64,000 nt of DNA, taken from positions 1,681,838 to 1,745,837 of the forward strand of contig NW_019091362.1 of the NCBI RefSeq assembly GCF_001949145.1, written 5' to 3'. The position numbers were made by a program, and so were the translations under genes. The notes under the pieces are model-generated. The model saw only the letters and a program-made list of their open reading frames with translations, was not told where the DNA came from and did not search any database. Positions 12,271-26,220 of the stretch are shown in pieces; position 1 is the stretch's first letter, and the number at the start of each line of letters is the position of its first letter. Origin of the DNA: Acanthaster planci. Taxonomy: Eukaryota.

Positions 12271-15200
12271 GATAATAATATTAGTAATATTCTGATTAGT
12301 ACGGTGCTAGGCAGCCCTTTCAGACACAAATAAAAACTGTTGACTTGACGCACAACGGTTCGCGCACATTTGTTCTGTGGTTACACGGACTTTCACCCGT
12401 TATTTCACCTATTTCGTGAGTAGGGATCAAAATGTTTATGTTGCTGTCCAACAAAAGAAATTGTGTGAAGGCATACCCATGTCTGTTTGCAACAAAGAAG
12501 TATGCAATAAACATGTAAACACGAAACACGCTTAACGCGTTAGAGAAAAAGGAATCATACCAGGCGCGCATCTAGAGGGATGTTGTTCATTTCCAATTCT
12601 TCCATGTGGAGTAAGCGTGGCTACGTCTAAAGGTTTAGAGACCCCATAAACAAGAACAAACATAAGGAGTCTTGCTTTATGTGTACACGACGACAACTAC
12701 ATTTAGCTATACTCCCCCCCCCTTTGCGCTAACAAAAATTTCTCAATCCCAAAGCAAAAAATATAGTAGATACCTTCATTCTTAAGCCCTTATACTGCTC
12801 AAATGAAGCCACCAAAATTCCGAAACTATTTATCCAATAGAAGGACGTTCGGTATTAAAGTTTATGAAAGGCCGTGTCCGAATTACTTGGCTGCGGCTAG
12901 AAACTACACACGAGTCTGTGGTTGTGGCCGCGGCCGGTTCCCGCAAAGTTGTGTGCAGTTTCAAGCCACAGTCAAGCCAAACACTTCTATGCACCCCTTT
13001 TTGTTGTCAGGGCAAAGTTGCACTACACAGTGTGTCTCAAGAATGATGCAAGAAGATACTCTCCATTTTAAACGCACAATGTCAACTATTACAACTGTAT
13101 TTACAACTTCATGGTTTTAATGGGGGAATACTAAGCTTGATGATGCATTTCATTTCATCTTATTTCCTTTTGATGATCCAGAGATGTGCTCCAGTAAACA
13201 CAAAGCAGTCAAGAGTTCGTGCCACTCTCCAGTTAGACTATTCAGACTGTTATAACCGATTGATTTCAAGGGAGATGGTGACTCCCCCGTGCATTGAAAT
13301 ATGCTGAGAAATAACCCTTATGACGAAAAGTGGTATACAAAGTCACTTCTGAGTGCTTGTGTGTGTTTTGGAATGGCTCTGGGTCGCCAAAAGTAAGTAA
13401 AGTGAAATTCCCAGCTAAGACTGTTATTTTCACAGCAATGTAAGTGATAAATATCGCCAGTTGACACCTTAAGCTTAAAATGGACGGTATTTTATTTGCG
13501 CCATTTCTGGGATACACAATATGTATACGTTCCCAAGGTAAGCGTGGAATCGGTGTTTAATGTCACACATTTTGGGCGGGGACAGATAGGTGACCGTTGA
13601 TAGGGGTTTTGTGTTGTTAAAGGCAGTATTGAAGGAAGGACAGGTATAGAAAATTTTATGGCTGGCCTAGCTCTGGTCGCGAGGAGCTTCAGTCAGGTCA
13701 GGTTCCGAGACCTGAACCCATGGAATACAAGCTCATCTCTATAGTATGAAGATATGGGTGAGATTGACCCATGGGAGTACCAAAGTAATATTGACCCACA
13801 CAGTTTCCAAGTCACTGACTCTGTGCGCACCCGTAGCCTGCACCACCGACTCTGCACTTACGGGCGTCATGATCGAATACGAAATCATCCCCAAAGATGT
13901 GACAAGAAATCTCCGCCCATGAATATGGTACATTATTGCTGCAACTTGTGAAATTGCTGCAAAATTCTTTCACTAAAACGATAGGTTTTCTTCCTTTTTG
14001 CATCTGCTTTCAGAGTTCATAATGAGCGAGTTGCACATGACCGGTGGTGATGTGAATGGTTTGAATGGTACAGATAAATCCACATCGAAATGCCTTGTCT
14101 AATTAGCTCTTTCACACTTTAGGCGAAAGCAATGAAATCAACTTGAGTTGAAATGTTTTCGACGGTAAACCCTGGTCTTAATGTCAAGATTTGACCCTTA
14201 ATATCCCTCGAGTAACTGTGGGTATGCTTACTATGACGAGTCAGGAATACGGGACCTCGATTACAACTTCTTACTGATACTGACGGTTATTCTGCGGTGA
14301 AAATATACAAGAAAAAAAAATACACAATTTGTTTAATTTGAACCAATGTGAAGCGTATTCACCTCGTTAGCGCCAACGATGTCAAGAGTTCTAAGTCCAC
14401 AGTCAGGACTACTCTACGGAGGAAGAAAACATGTATTGCAACGTATTATCCACGTCGTAGAACGAAGATTTATCACCTGCATCATACGTAACTAGACCTC
14501 TCAAAACCTTGTACAGTCTTATAAATTTGTGCTGAATTATCATAAGATTCTACGATTAACAACTGAAGGCCACGAATGTCTATTCGTCTTTTAACTAAAT
14601 TAGTCAGCGTCTGATACCGAGACGTTGGCACAAAACGTAGATACCTGCAAGCGATGTGTTAGGAAGCCGTTTTCGAATCAACTGGCTGCGGCTATAGGAG
14701 TTAAACTCGCGTCTTTGGTAAAATAGCCGCTAGCCAGCGGCTGCCGCTTGCCCTGCACGTGTCTTTCACGTGACTGGGGCAAGCAGGGAGCAATCTGCGG
14801 CTTACACCAAATGAATTGGCAAACTCCCTCAAAACCTGGCGAATCAATATGAAAACATGGATTAAAATGTACGGATTGAAATCCTCTTCGATTTAGCGTT
14901 GACATTTTCATGTGAACCCTCGAATTGCAGGAAAACAGGAAGAAATTAGAATAAAGATATTATGGGCTTAAGTAGACTGGACACCTAAATGCTAAAAGTT
15001 CGAGTTGTGTATCTTTCAGAAGTCCCTGTTTTGAATAGTCACAAAAACCTTTGATATTTAAGCCCACTCACTGCATGGATTGGAATCTCGTGAATTTTTA
15101 AGGGTTTTCTGTGGAACAGTTTTATGTGTATAGCAAGTTCGGCGAGTCCTCATTTTCAGCAAAGTTCAAATTACGAATGCAAATTTAGCGTCTGTCAATA

Positions 15201-18200
15201 CAGTGCAACTGAGTTTGGGGTGAGTAGGCCTACTGTACTCTACCCCCGCAGTTAGTCAATAGGATTGTAAATTGCCACCAGATCAACAACACAATAATCG
15301 CGATCCTCTGTGCTCATAGTGGGAAACACAGTTTTCGAGTTTCATTTTTCATCATAATTTTTATTTCTCTCAGCCGGCATTTCCCCCCATTTTCAGAAAA
15401 TTGGACTTTCTGTTACACCTTTAACTTTAAATCTAAGCCCATCTGATGCAATCGAGACAGTCGCCCAAATCAATGGTTATTCGGTTAAATCTCAGATAAA
15501 TGAACAGTTTCAGGTGAAGTTGTTTTCTGCAACTGAGAAGAAAAGGCGAAATATTCGTTCAGCTCCTGCTTGATTTGTGCAGTTAGTAAGCTTCGTTTCC
15601 TCATTAACACAACACCGGCAGGATTCCTCCAGTTTCATTACGTTCGGAGGACGTCTGGAAGACGTCTGGAGACTACGTACGGGACGTAACCAGTCTACCC
15701 TGCCGATGAGCCTCTTCGGTATTTCATGAGTACATGCTCAGTATGAGGCTAATCTGGGAACAGCTTCGCGAGCGCGCGACAGTCTGTCCCAGGCGCGGTT
15801 GTAGAGCCAACATTTTAGGGGGGCTATACCCTCCGCCCGTGACGTCACTTTTAAACTGTCGCTAGTGCTCTTGCTCTTTTTTGTTTTGCACTTTTTGGAG
15901 GGAGGCTGGACAATTTTTTTTTATCGCTAAAGGGCAGGCGAAAACAAAGGAATTCCACTCTTAACCTGTGAGTTTGCGCGCATGTGTGAATATTCGTGAA
16001 AAAAAGGTAGTTCTGAAGCACACGGTGCCAACGGACTTTTTTGATCTACATGTTTAGCCTGGTTTTCTTGATTAGTACAGCTCGGTATCAACAGGAAATG
16101 CGATGATGCTCTAGCGCATATTAGATATAAGTGCTTTGAAATGGGTACTGTTAACTGTGGCGGGAAGAGCCTAAATACACGTATTGTTCACCCCTTCGAC
16201 TTACTTTGTGCACATGCGCTAAAATTCGGCAAAGTCGTGATCACTTTCTGTTATACCAAAATCGATCTGCGGAGATCATTGTGTAAAAGTTTGCTGAATT
16301 TATACCAGAGATATATAATCAAGCTTCAGATTTCATTTTGTGATATGTTTCTTGTTAATCCTAAACGACATTTCGGAGAAAATGGAATGAAAGATGTCTG
16401 TGTACGTTAGGGCCTACATTTCTGAATGTAAAAAAGGGTATTTTGAAATCGAAATTTTGAATTGTTCTCCATTTTTTCCACACATGCTGCATATCTTAGT
16501 GATTTAAAGAGTGTTCAAAAATGATACCATGTTATTTTTAAGCTATAGCTATTAGTTAGTTTGATCAATTTCAATTTTGGCTCTCTGTCAATTGATGATC
16601 GGCAATGATTTATGTCTGCACATTTACACATATGTGTACATGTACTCCATCAACGCATACATGCACTACTACGACTATGGACAAATGATTCTCGTGCAGA
16701 ATGTTCAATTTGCAATCACTTGAAAATACTATCGATGTTTTTTTTGGTTTTAATACACACGGCACTTTATTTCGTCTGTTTGGATAAACTTGAGAAGTGG
16801 TTTTAAAATGGGAAAGACCATTAACGTATTTTCTTTCAAATCCAACTTTTTTTTACATCACTTTTTCAGAATCTTTTTTAAATTTTGTGCAAATGGGTTC
16901 ATATAATATGGTGGTATAATGTTGTCTAATCAACTTTTAGTGATCAGGTTAGCTCCGTGAACTTTATTTGTTTGTATTTTTTAACAAAAATAAATTATGA
17001 TCTCCATCCGCGGAGAGAAGTGCTGGAACGGTGTCTGACGTCGCCTGCCTCGAAATCCACAGCAAAGTGATCGAGTGCGCATGCGCTAGCTCTCGGCAAA
17101 ATAGTGCACAAGGGCATGGGAGTGAACGTACGTGAACACACGGCAGGGGCTAACGGATTCCGAATAATGGGTATTGTGGTGTCCATATCTCCCCAAACTT
17201 AGGCTATTTTTTATGTACAGTCCTTGAGAAAAAATGACGTCAACTTGTTTTAAACAATGTAATAGTAGGCCTATACACTCATTTATTTCAGTATCAATAG
17301 CGTACGACTCAATTTGTTTGGAGACTGAATGGAATAACAACCCTCTCAGGCTTGCGGGGGCGTCCATGCTTCCGGGAGTTCAAATGCCTCGGGAAAATAA
17401 ATGAAGCCTCTAAATAAGGACGCCTTCGTCCACGCACGAACAAACTGTTTAAACAAAATGCCAACGACTGAATAATGAAAATTCCGCAAACCAGCTTGCC
17501 GTTCGGAACAGGTTACCATTATATTGTGGATCTGTCTTTTTCCGAAGGCAGTTGAAAGTTTGTGATATGTGCTCTCCTCTAAGTTACCAGATTCCTGCGT
17601 GCGAGCTTATTAAATATTTTGCGATCCCACAGGTTATTTCAAATAAGATGTGCCATAACCAAGACCGATCAGAAAACTTTTTCTCTACACCAAGCATTTG
17701 GGACTCCTGGCTTCCAACTCGGGATATTTCATTCACAAAAACCTCCGATTGGTTGGCCTATTTTGCTGCGAGGCGGATGGCTACATTCAGACCTGAGCCT
17801 GATATCCTATTACCACGTAAAACTGAAAAGAAATATTGTCCAAGTGATCGTAATCTTGAATTTCCAGTGAAACACGCAAGGCCACGATCCTCCTGAGCGT
17901 TACCAGCCGGCGCTATATCTCTCCGATTTGGCAATGTTTTCTGTCGTTAATTATATTGTAATGGGCTTGAGGATGTTTGGGACTGTCCATATAAATTCAT
18001 TGGTCTGTTACACGACAGCCATGTTGGAGGTCCGCGCAATTTTCTTTTCATCTGGATATGTATCCATGATTCGGTTTGCGCATAAACAGATAAAGTCTGC
18101 TTTCATGGCTCTTTTGGGGGGCCTCCAAAAATGCCAGCCGCCACATTCGGTGCAGATGATGAGCTATATATTTTTTGCAATTTCTCACATTTTCGAGCAG

Positions 18201-20101
18201 CACCAAACGCTGACTATGCGTAGTTCGTGGGCAAAAAATAGGGAAATATTGTTCCAGTACCCCTGACGTACACAGAAAAAACTCTCAGCAATGATTTTCA
18301 ACGCTTGCTGAGACTTTTATAAATAACCTCACGAGCCTTTAGGGACACTAAATTTCGCCTAGTGACTTAAAGCCTGCGGTCTCCAGTCTCGATGCGCTGC
18401 CCATACACCTTTTGGATGACAGCTTCTGCAAAGAATATCGTTCCGTTTCTAAACACTAAGCTACAAATGCCCACTAGTACCATGAAGTGTCTATTTTTAA
18501 AAAGTGATGGGCATGTTTTTCTTAAGTTCGTCAATATTTACGAGATATACTTTTGTCAAGGTTAGTTTTTATGGGATAAAGTTTTAAAGTTTGATGTGGT
18601 AAAATGTAAAAACCGGAATATGCATCATAAGAAACATGAAAAACATTTCTCAAAAAAGCAAAACCTGCTTTTAGAAGCGTTGTTTCGATAATTGGAAAGA
18701 ATTTCTTTCTACAGAATATTCTACAAGTTCGTTTTCCACGAGATATAATATAATTATATTATCGAGTTAGTTTTACGATATCTTTCAAGCTCCTTTTAGT
18801 ATCTCACAAAACGAACTTGAAAAAAAATAGGGCCTACCTCATAGTAATGAACTGAAAAGATCTATCTCGTAAAACTAAATCTCGACAAAATTTGGACAAA
18901 AATCTTTTTCGTAAAACGAAACTTGAAAAAAATACACTTTACTTTTAAAAATATATACTGCATGGCGCAAGTGGCTTTCGTACTAATTACTCCATAGATG
19001 AGGTATTGAAATTAACCGTTGTCATGCCAGCCTGCTACTGTTACCAAAAGAACTTCATGCACAGTGGCTCTCGAGAGTTCGAAGATAGATATACACCATA
19101 AAGGACGTTGGATTTTTGTTTCTAAATGTATCTGTCTTCAACAAACCCGCAGAGTCTTTTTTGAAAACGCTGTATCTTTCAGTTGTAAAATATTAGTATT
19201 ACATTAATTCAAGGAAGTTTGGCCGGATATAAGGGATGTGTGGGAGTAATCTTGTTTGAATTTATAGCGCGATGGGTCAATCTGCCTTCTAAGGAAATCC
19301 CACTGTCATTAACAAATGCATAATTTGTGGCAGCGACTAGCCCTTATAATACCGGGAACTCATGAAAAGTACGCATATGCGCATGTGACTTGGAGACGTC
19401 GATCATCCGCCATATTCGCAGGCAAAAGGAAGCCAGTTTAACCAAAAACACTGGTTTGGTTTTCTCAGCCTGAGTGTCTTTAACCTCAGAAATTAAAAAG
19501 TCAGGGTGCATAAGTATGAAATCCCTGACTTCCTGTAAAAATTCCTGACGTTGGCCCGTTTGAAATTATTACAAGCGATGATCAAAATATCAACCTTATT
19601 AAGCATAATGAAAAACTGATTTCCACTTTTTACTTCCTAGATCCCCGCCCGTCAACTTACAACTTCTGTTTTCCGTCACGGTGATACCCCAGTCGGTGTG
19701 CCTTCGACGACATAATGCCCTGTTGGAAACGTCGAGAGCTCTCTCATCATCGGTTCAAAGTCTTCTCTGAGCCACCCTCGAGGGAATTTTTGAATTGTGT
19801 ATCCTGGTACTTACTCCATGTGTGTAACTACAATGATTTAGTGCTACTTGTATTCATAATATATATATACACACATTAACCCCCCCCCCTTTGCGACTCC
19901 GGCTTGCACACCGAATCCTTTAATATACTCTTTTACAGTTGTCATTGATCACATCATTTCTAAAGCAAGACTGGTTTTCTTTCCCTCACGGGTTGAAGAT
20001 TTCTGGTGGCGCTCGGCACAAATTCTGAATGGCAAAACGATGTCAGGGTAATTTGACGATGCAACTGTCGCGCCACGTATAGTGTAATTCGACCACCAGA
20101 A

Positions 20102-20262
20102 TTAGAAGCCATTACTGCGGTGGCGCAACGCTCGTGCACAGGTGGTACGCGCGCGTTACATGCCTCTGCGACAATAGGATGTCGTGATTTGCCAAATGCA
20201 CGCGCGCGTCAAGCTGAAGAATGTGCGTGTGAGTGCGATGCCACCGCAGTTAGGGCGTCTAA
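20102..20262. mobile_element. ~160-bp MITE
   Basis: TIRs ttagaagccattactgcggtggc / gccaccgcagttagggcgtctaa. Confidence 0.7.
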
Positions 20263-21059
20263 TCGGATTATTCTATAATCTAATTAGAATCTAAACCTGT
20301 TTGGGGCGATACTTTCTCCTTGCCCAGCAAGTGCTTGTACTTACATTTTCTGCTTGTCGACGTGCAATAGGTGCACAAGCGAAACAAGCAGCTTTCAAGA
20401 TCTGTCACATTGGCAATTCACAAGTTTCACTGTTTATGAAATTTAGTTATATTTAAAAAAAATCTGTTATGTAAAAACTAAATAAAGATTGCTACTGACG
20501 AACGCGGAGTTTAACGTTTGACGCGGAGCTCGCTATGGAGGCGTTCGATTAGCTTCAACGAATTGACTCGGGTTTAACTTCGTCCCCGCCGTCTCCTTCG
20601 TTTGACACAATACACAAGGCCATTGCCAGGTCAGGTTTTCCCCACGTGAGCTAATAGAACGCACCCTGCATTACGCGCAACGAATAGTCTCGTTACATGG
20701 TCTTCGCGTGCAGTTGGTAAACTTCGCACCATCTGTCTCAGTTTCACCGTCTTTCCCGCGTCAAACGCGCATAAACTTGCGCACCTGTGCAATGAGTTCG
20801 TACCAAAGGACTGTCAATTTCATTTAAAAACGTGCCCTCTTTTGTTCCCGCTCGGAGCGGATGCGGGTAAAACTGAACGATTCCCTGTTTAATAACCTTT
20901 TTGAGTAAAAGCAACGTAAATAAGCGCGCCCAAGTCAGACGAAAAAGTATACATTAGTAGATAGATATGTAATTCACGCCCCGTGATAATTTGGAACCAA
21001 AACACTACACTTGCAAGGCCAAGGTTATATATCCCCCACCCAAAAAAGGAACAGTCATT

Positions 21060-23200
21060 GAAAAAATCATCCACGCCACCTGGCTTGGGTGGCATCTCTC
21101 CCAATATTTGCAGGTACCTCCATTGTTCCAATATTATCCAGCATATTTAATACGAGTCTCTCACTGGTGTAGTTCCCCACAATTGGAAGCAGGCAAATGT
21201 CGTTCCTTTATTTAAACATGTTGACAAATCCATCATCAGCAACCACAGACCAATTTCATTAACCTCGGTTCCTTGCAAAATGCTTAAAGATTTTATGTGT
21301 AACAAATTGCTTGACCACTCCTCGCAGTACAATATCATCCCAGATTCCCAACATGGATTTCAACCCAGACGTTCCCGTACTACTCTGCTAGCCTCCCTCT
21401 TTCACACTTGGTCACAGGCACTTGATGTTTCCAGCCCTCCTCGAATCGATACAATCTTTTTGGACTGGTCCAAAGCTTTTGACAGATGGGATCACTCAAT
21501 CCTCCTTCACAAGCTGCATCAGTATGGAATTTGTGGTAAAATTCTCTTATTGATTGCTGACTTTCTTTCCAACAGAGAACGAGTTCTCTTCTCGGGAGCG
21601 AAATCTGACTGGATACTTGTAACTTCAGGGGTACCTCAGGGCTCCGTTTTAGGTCCCATTTTATTTAACTTCTTCAAAGTTGACTTACCAAACCATGTGC
21701 AATCTTCTCTCCCTCAATATGCCGATGACACTGTTTTGTGTAGAATTATTAAATGTAAAAATGACGCTTCCACTTGACAGAATGACCTGAATTCTATCCT
21801 CAACTGGTATTCTGAGAATTCTATGCAGCTTACCTCCACCAAGTGCAAGGTCATGCATATCACTCGCTCCAGAAAGCAATCACTAACTCCATACTTTTTT
21901 GCAGCTTCTGAAGCACTAGAAGTCGTCTCCTCCTACAAATATCTTGGCGTCACTATTTCAAATAACCTCACCTGGTCCAAACATGAAGACATCATTTGCA
22001 GAAAGTGTTCCAGACTTGCTGGTTTCATGAGACGTATTGTAAAATCCAGAAATGCCAGTGTCTTACTCAACTTATGCTTCTCTCTGTAGATCAGTATTGG
22101 AATACGGCTCACCAGTTTGGCTACCCCACCAGAAAAACCACATCCAATGTCTTGAAACAATCCGACGCCGCTTCACTAAATCTTGCCTTCCTTACAATGT
22201 TGCTATTTCTCTTACCTATCAACAATGTCTTGCCAAGCTTCAATTGCCTCCTTTGTACAATCGCCTACTCTACCTCAGCATCTCATTTGTTGTCAAATGC
22301 CTCTACAAACAGGTTTCTCTTTCTTCCTAATTTCTCCCGCAGGTCAACATCAGGAAAACCAACACTTTGTTATTCAAGCACCAATACAGCCGTACTATTT
22401 CCAAATTTTCTACGTTCATCTTCCTTCCAAGGTACTTTAACTTACTCTCTGGTGACATTCCGGGCCTTTGTCTCGAACTTTCTTTGAAACCTTTCATCAA
22501 CTCTTTACAAGACTATCTCTTCAGCCTAGACCCTATTTCACTTGCCCCCTAGAACACTCTTGCCAACATGCATATATCAGAATCCTCTTCTCTTCCTGTA
22601 CACCAGAGGCAATTATCTAATCACATTTCAGTAAATCAACCCAAACATTCCTCACACCTTGAACAGGTGCAGGACTGAGGAGTATTAGGTTTAAGCTGCA
22701 TTTCTCGGTATTAGATGTAATTAGAATGTTATGCATTAGCAATACCTTGTAAACTGGGTTTTGATTAATATTGACACCCGTAACCCCGTATATACATGTA
22801 CTGTTCATATTCATTTTACTATCTAGTAAATTGGTCACTTTAATTTTATTTACTTCAATTATTTATTCTCCTTTTAATTGCAGACATTATGTTCAGTTTA
22901 ATATTTACATGTCATGTCGAGAACTTACGTATTTTGTTTCATTGAAAAATTGTGTCCCCTGTTAAGATGCTACATTAACATTTATACCTGGAATTCTCAT
23001 GATCCACTTAGTTTGGAGAGCCTCTCGACAGAAACTTGTTTCTTTTAGGCAATCCATCGGGAGCTAAGTGGATATTGTGTATTGTTTTTTGTTTATTGAT
23101 TTTGTCCCTTTGTAATGTTTGTATTTTTATATATGTAACTTTCTTGGCTGTAATTTGTATGTATCCCGAAAAATGAAATAAATGTAGAAGTAAATGTAAA
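21060..23200 (+). mobile_element. 5'-truncated, decayed non-LTR retrotransposon (CR1/L2-type LINE), reverse transcriptase region plus 3' UTR/tail
   Basis: Motifs NWKQANVVPLFK, NHRPISLTSVPCK, QHGF, LDWSKAFD, SGVPQGSVLGPILF, QYADD, YKYLGV and RSVLEYGSPVWLP, broken by stops and frameshifts. AT-rich tail with AATAAA near 23177-23182. Boundaries approximate. Confidence 0.9.
22636..22694. mobile_element. Tiny TTAA-type palindromic element (copy 1 of 3), within the LINE 3' region
   Basis: aacccaaacattcctcacacc..aacaggtg.aggactgaggagtattaggtttaa; same family as 24186 and 61720. Confidence 0.65.
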
Positions 23201-24105
23201 TTCAAGCAAAACACAGGTATCAGCCGTTGTTAAAAGAATTCCTGACAGAATTTTAGTACGCATGCGTATGTTGATGTTCGGCAACAAAATTAGCCTGGTG
23301 CACTTTTTAATGTGCCATTTAAAGTACTTAGCAAATGACATGCTTCAGGGTTTCTGTCTTACATTGGTATAGTTCTCTCCGCGCGAGCGAGCGCGCTGGG
23401 TATGTAGGCCTAGTATAGTAGTACATAAAAATACGTTTACATGTACGCTACGAAAAAGGAGTGGCGAATCAAACTCGTGAACTGCCCTGCTTGCTGCACT
23501 TAATGGAAATGTCATAAGTTCCTCGAATCTAAAGAAAATGCTGGACGATTTGAGTGATTAGTTTCTAGATAGTGTGGCTGCAGTCAATAAACACAGGTTA
23601 GGACGTGATAAGCCTAATGAGTAATGTCAACATATCGTACCCGCCACGACCGACATTACCGCTATGTCATTCGTGATGGTGGGTATGGTACTTTGGTAGG
23701 CCTAGTCCGAGTAATTTGGACTTTAAAAAGCGCCCTTTTTAAAATATTTGGACATAGTCGGGCGATAACATTTTAACATTTTAAGGGATGGAACTCTCCC
23801 TCTGACGATACCATGCAATTGCCTAGTATTTATCGTGTTTATTCTTCTATTTGACATATTGAGCATGTCATGCATGTTGAGTGGAAGTTGGATACCGAAC
23901 ACTTATCCAAACTTGAGCAACTATTTTCAGGGCTTACAAGCTTCCCTTTGGTAATGTCTTTGGGGACGTTCCACAGCTCACAAGATCCAACTATGACATT
24001 ATTCAGCAGGACCTAATGCAGTGTCTCACCATCTCAGAGTAGACTACTCACGCTACTTTTTGTACTGGCTCAGTGCAATAACTTGAATAAGGTTATGCTT
24101 AATCT

Positions 24106-24183
24106 TAGCCCCACTAGTGTGGCACGGACTCTCACTCCCGATCCATCCTTAGAGTGAGAGTCCGTACCATGCAAGTGGGGCTA
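24106..24183. repeat. ~78-bp hairpin mini-element
   Basis: tagccccact..tggcacggactctcactc pairs with gagtgagagtccgtacca..agtggggcta. Confidence 0.75.
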
Positions 24184-24185
24184 GC

Positions 24186-24243
24186 TTAACCCTAACACTC
24201 CTCAATCCTTCACCTGTTAGAGGACTGAGGAGTGTTAGGGTTA
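24186..24243. mobile_element. Tiny TTAA-flanked palindromic element (copy 2 of 3)
   Basis: ttaaCCCTAACACTCCTCAATCC-ttcacctgttaga-GGACTGAGGAGTGTTAGGGtta. Confidence 0.75.
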
Positions 24244-26220
24244 TTCAGTATGCATAAAGGAAAGAATTGCAGATGTATTACCCTCACAGCCCTGAATACT
24301 ACAAAGTACTGCTTATTGGTAAAATGTAGTATACAGTGCTGGCGCTTGTAAGAGGACATGACATTATTGTTCTCTGAAGCCATAAAATACAATAGATAAG
24401 ACAATGTACCATACAGTGCTCTGGCACTATAAATACACAACTTTATTGTTCTCTGTACGAGTAACAGTGGAGGATACCCTAGCCAGAAGTAGTAATTTGT
24501 AGCGCTAGGTCTTTCAGGTTTAGACTACCGCTTAGTATTTTGTAGTACTGAGTACTGAGGCAAATTTCATGAAGAACTGTTAGGGTTAAAGTTCATGAAG
24601 AAAAGATGGCTCATGTATTATTAAACAGTAGGGATGCTCCACGTTTGTGCACAGGTTGTTTGCGCTTGTTACGGGACTTACATGTACATGACCAATTTCT
24701 GTCGGAATATGTGCAGTCTTCACCGTAGCACCAGGCACCCAACTAACATGACCCCAACCAATCTCATCCTTACTGATGACGGGGTCATTGTGACCTGTCA
24801 TGACAAATTGAGCATAAAGTCGCTCTCCGCTCATTCATATTATGATGGTTAAAATGGAAGAGGAGGTCACGTTTTGGGGTTTTGTTATATTTGAAAAGAG
24901 TGAAGTCCCGAACTTGGAGCAGGATCAGGTAGTTAAAAAGTCATTTTCTTACCAATTTTGACAATAGCCTTATTCGTGCCCGGTCAGAAATGTTTAAACA
25001 ATGTCGGAAACAAAGGTACGAAGCTGTCGGAATAATGTCACGTTGTCATTCTACTTTTACCAGTGTTATATATCATTGGAAAGCTCTTTTTCTGCCGAAT
25101 TTAGAAATACCAATACCTCAATTTTGGAAAATTACAACTTTCAGCTCATTTTGTAGTGACAGGTTGCAACTTCTCTCAGAATCTTTTGAAGGGTTTCTGG
25201 CGAATCCATGGGAAAGGTGGCATGCGGTCACTCTTACTTGTAGATGCCCCTTTGGGCTCGTTACCCTTTGAAAAGTCAAAGGCCATTTGATGCATGGAGG
25301 GTGCTCCATTTATTATACAGTGTACATTGGACGAGATCTCGCCATGATTGACCCCTCTCTCTGGATTGTTTGCTGATATACTAAGATCATGTAAAACTTA
25401 AGTGTGGTGGGGCAGGGGATATGGAAGAGTAAACGGTAACTACTTGTAGAAGAATTCCCTGTGCGCTAACTTTTGGACAATCCGACCATTTTAGTCTTGA
25501 GGGCTTTTTTGCCAAACCAACGGATGCACATTCCCCATTCCTCACCTTTGCTTCATCCTTGTCTGCAAATCTGTATGCAATATTCATGTGCTGCAGTTTT
25601 TCCCTTGCAAAGAAATGCAGAAATGCACTAGGGACGAACCTACAAGTATCAATGCATTTAGCTTATGGAGGGAATCCCCACTTCCAAATGTGCCATCTTT
25701 CCGGTCTTACTCAAAACGTCCCTTATGATTTGAAAACAAAAAACAGAGAAAAACCAAAAAAAGATTATTCTTAACTAAAAGCTTTGTGGTACATGTAAAT
25801 CCTGAGCATATTAAGTCCAGTCTCAGATTAATATGCAGAATGCATGCAATGCGGAATGCACTTTCTTCTCTGAACAGTCCTAGGGTTCTACATGTACATT
25901 ATTCACAGGATTTGACAAATGGCAGTGACAGTGTAATTTTTGCCCCGTGCAACATGGCATTATGGCCCTTCGACACCTGTACATGTAACTGAACTGGTTG
26001 ATGGTTGATGATATGTTTTGTCTGATTGAATAACAGGACATTCAAATTGTCCATTGGAAATTCTTTACAATGTGCTTTTTTCACAAACTGGGTACTTTAC
26101 ACGTACATGTACATGTATGTGGGTTACGTGTACTAGTATAGTGGTACATGCGTATTGGGTTCTTTCATGAGGTAATGTGATCCATCGTACATGTGCATCT
26201 ACGATTGTTGTCTAGCCAAA

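Noticed and set aside
1..20900. NR4A or other nuclear-receptor coding exons
   Set aside because: I looked for C4 zinc-finger (CEGCKGFF) and ligand-binding motifs and saw none; NR4A remains a synteny prediction only.
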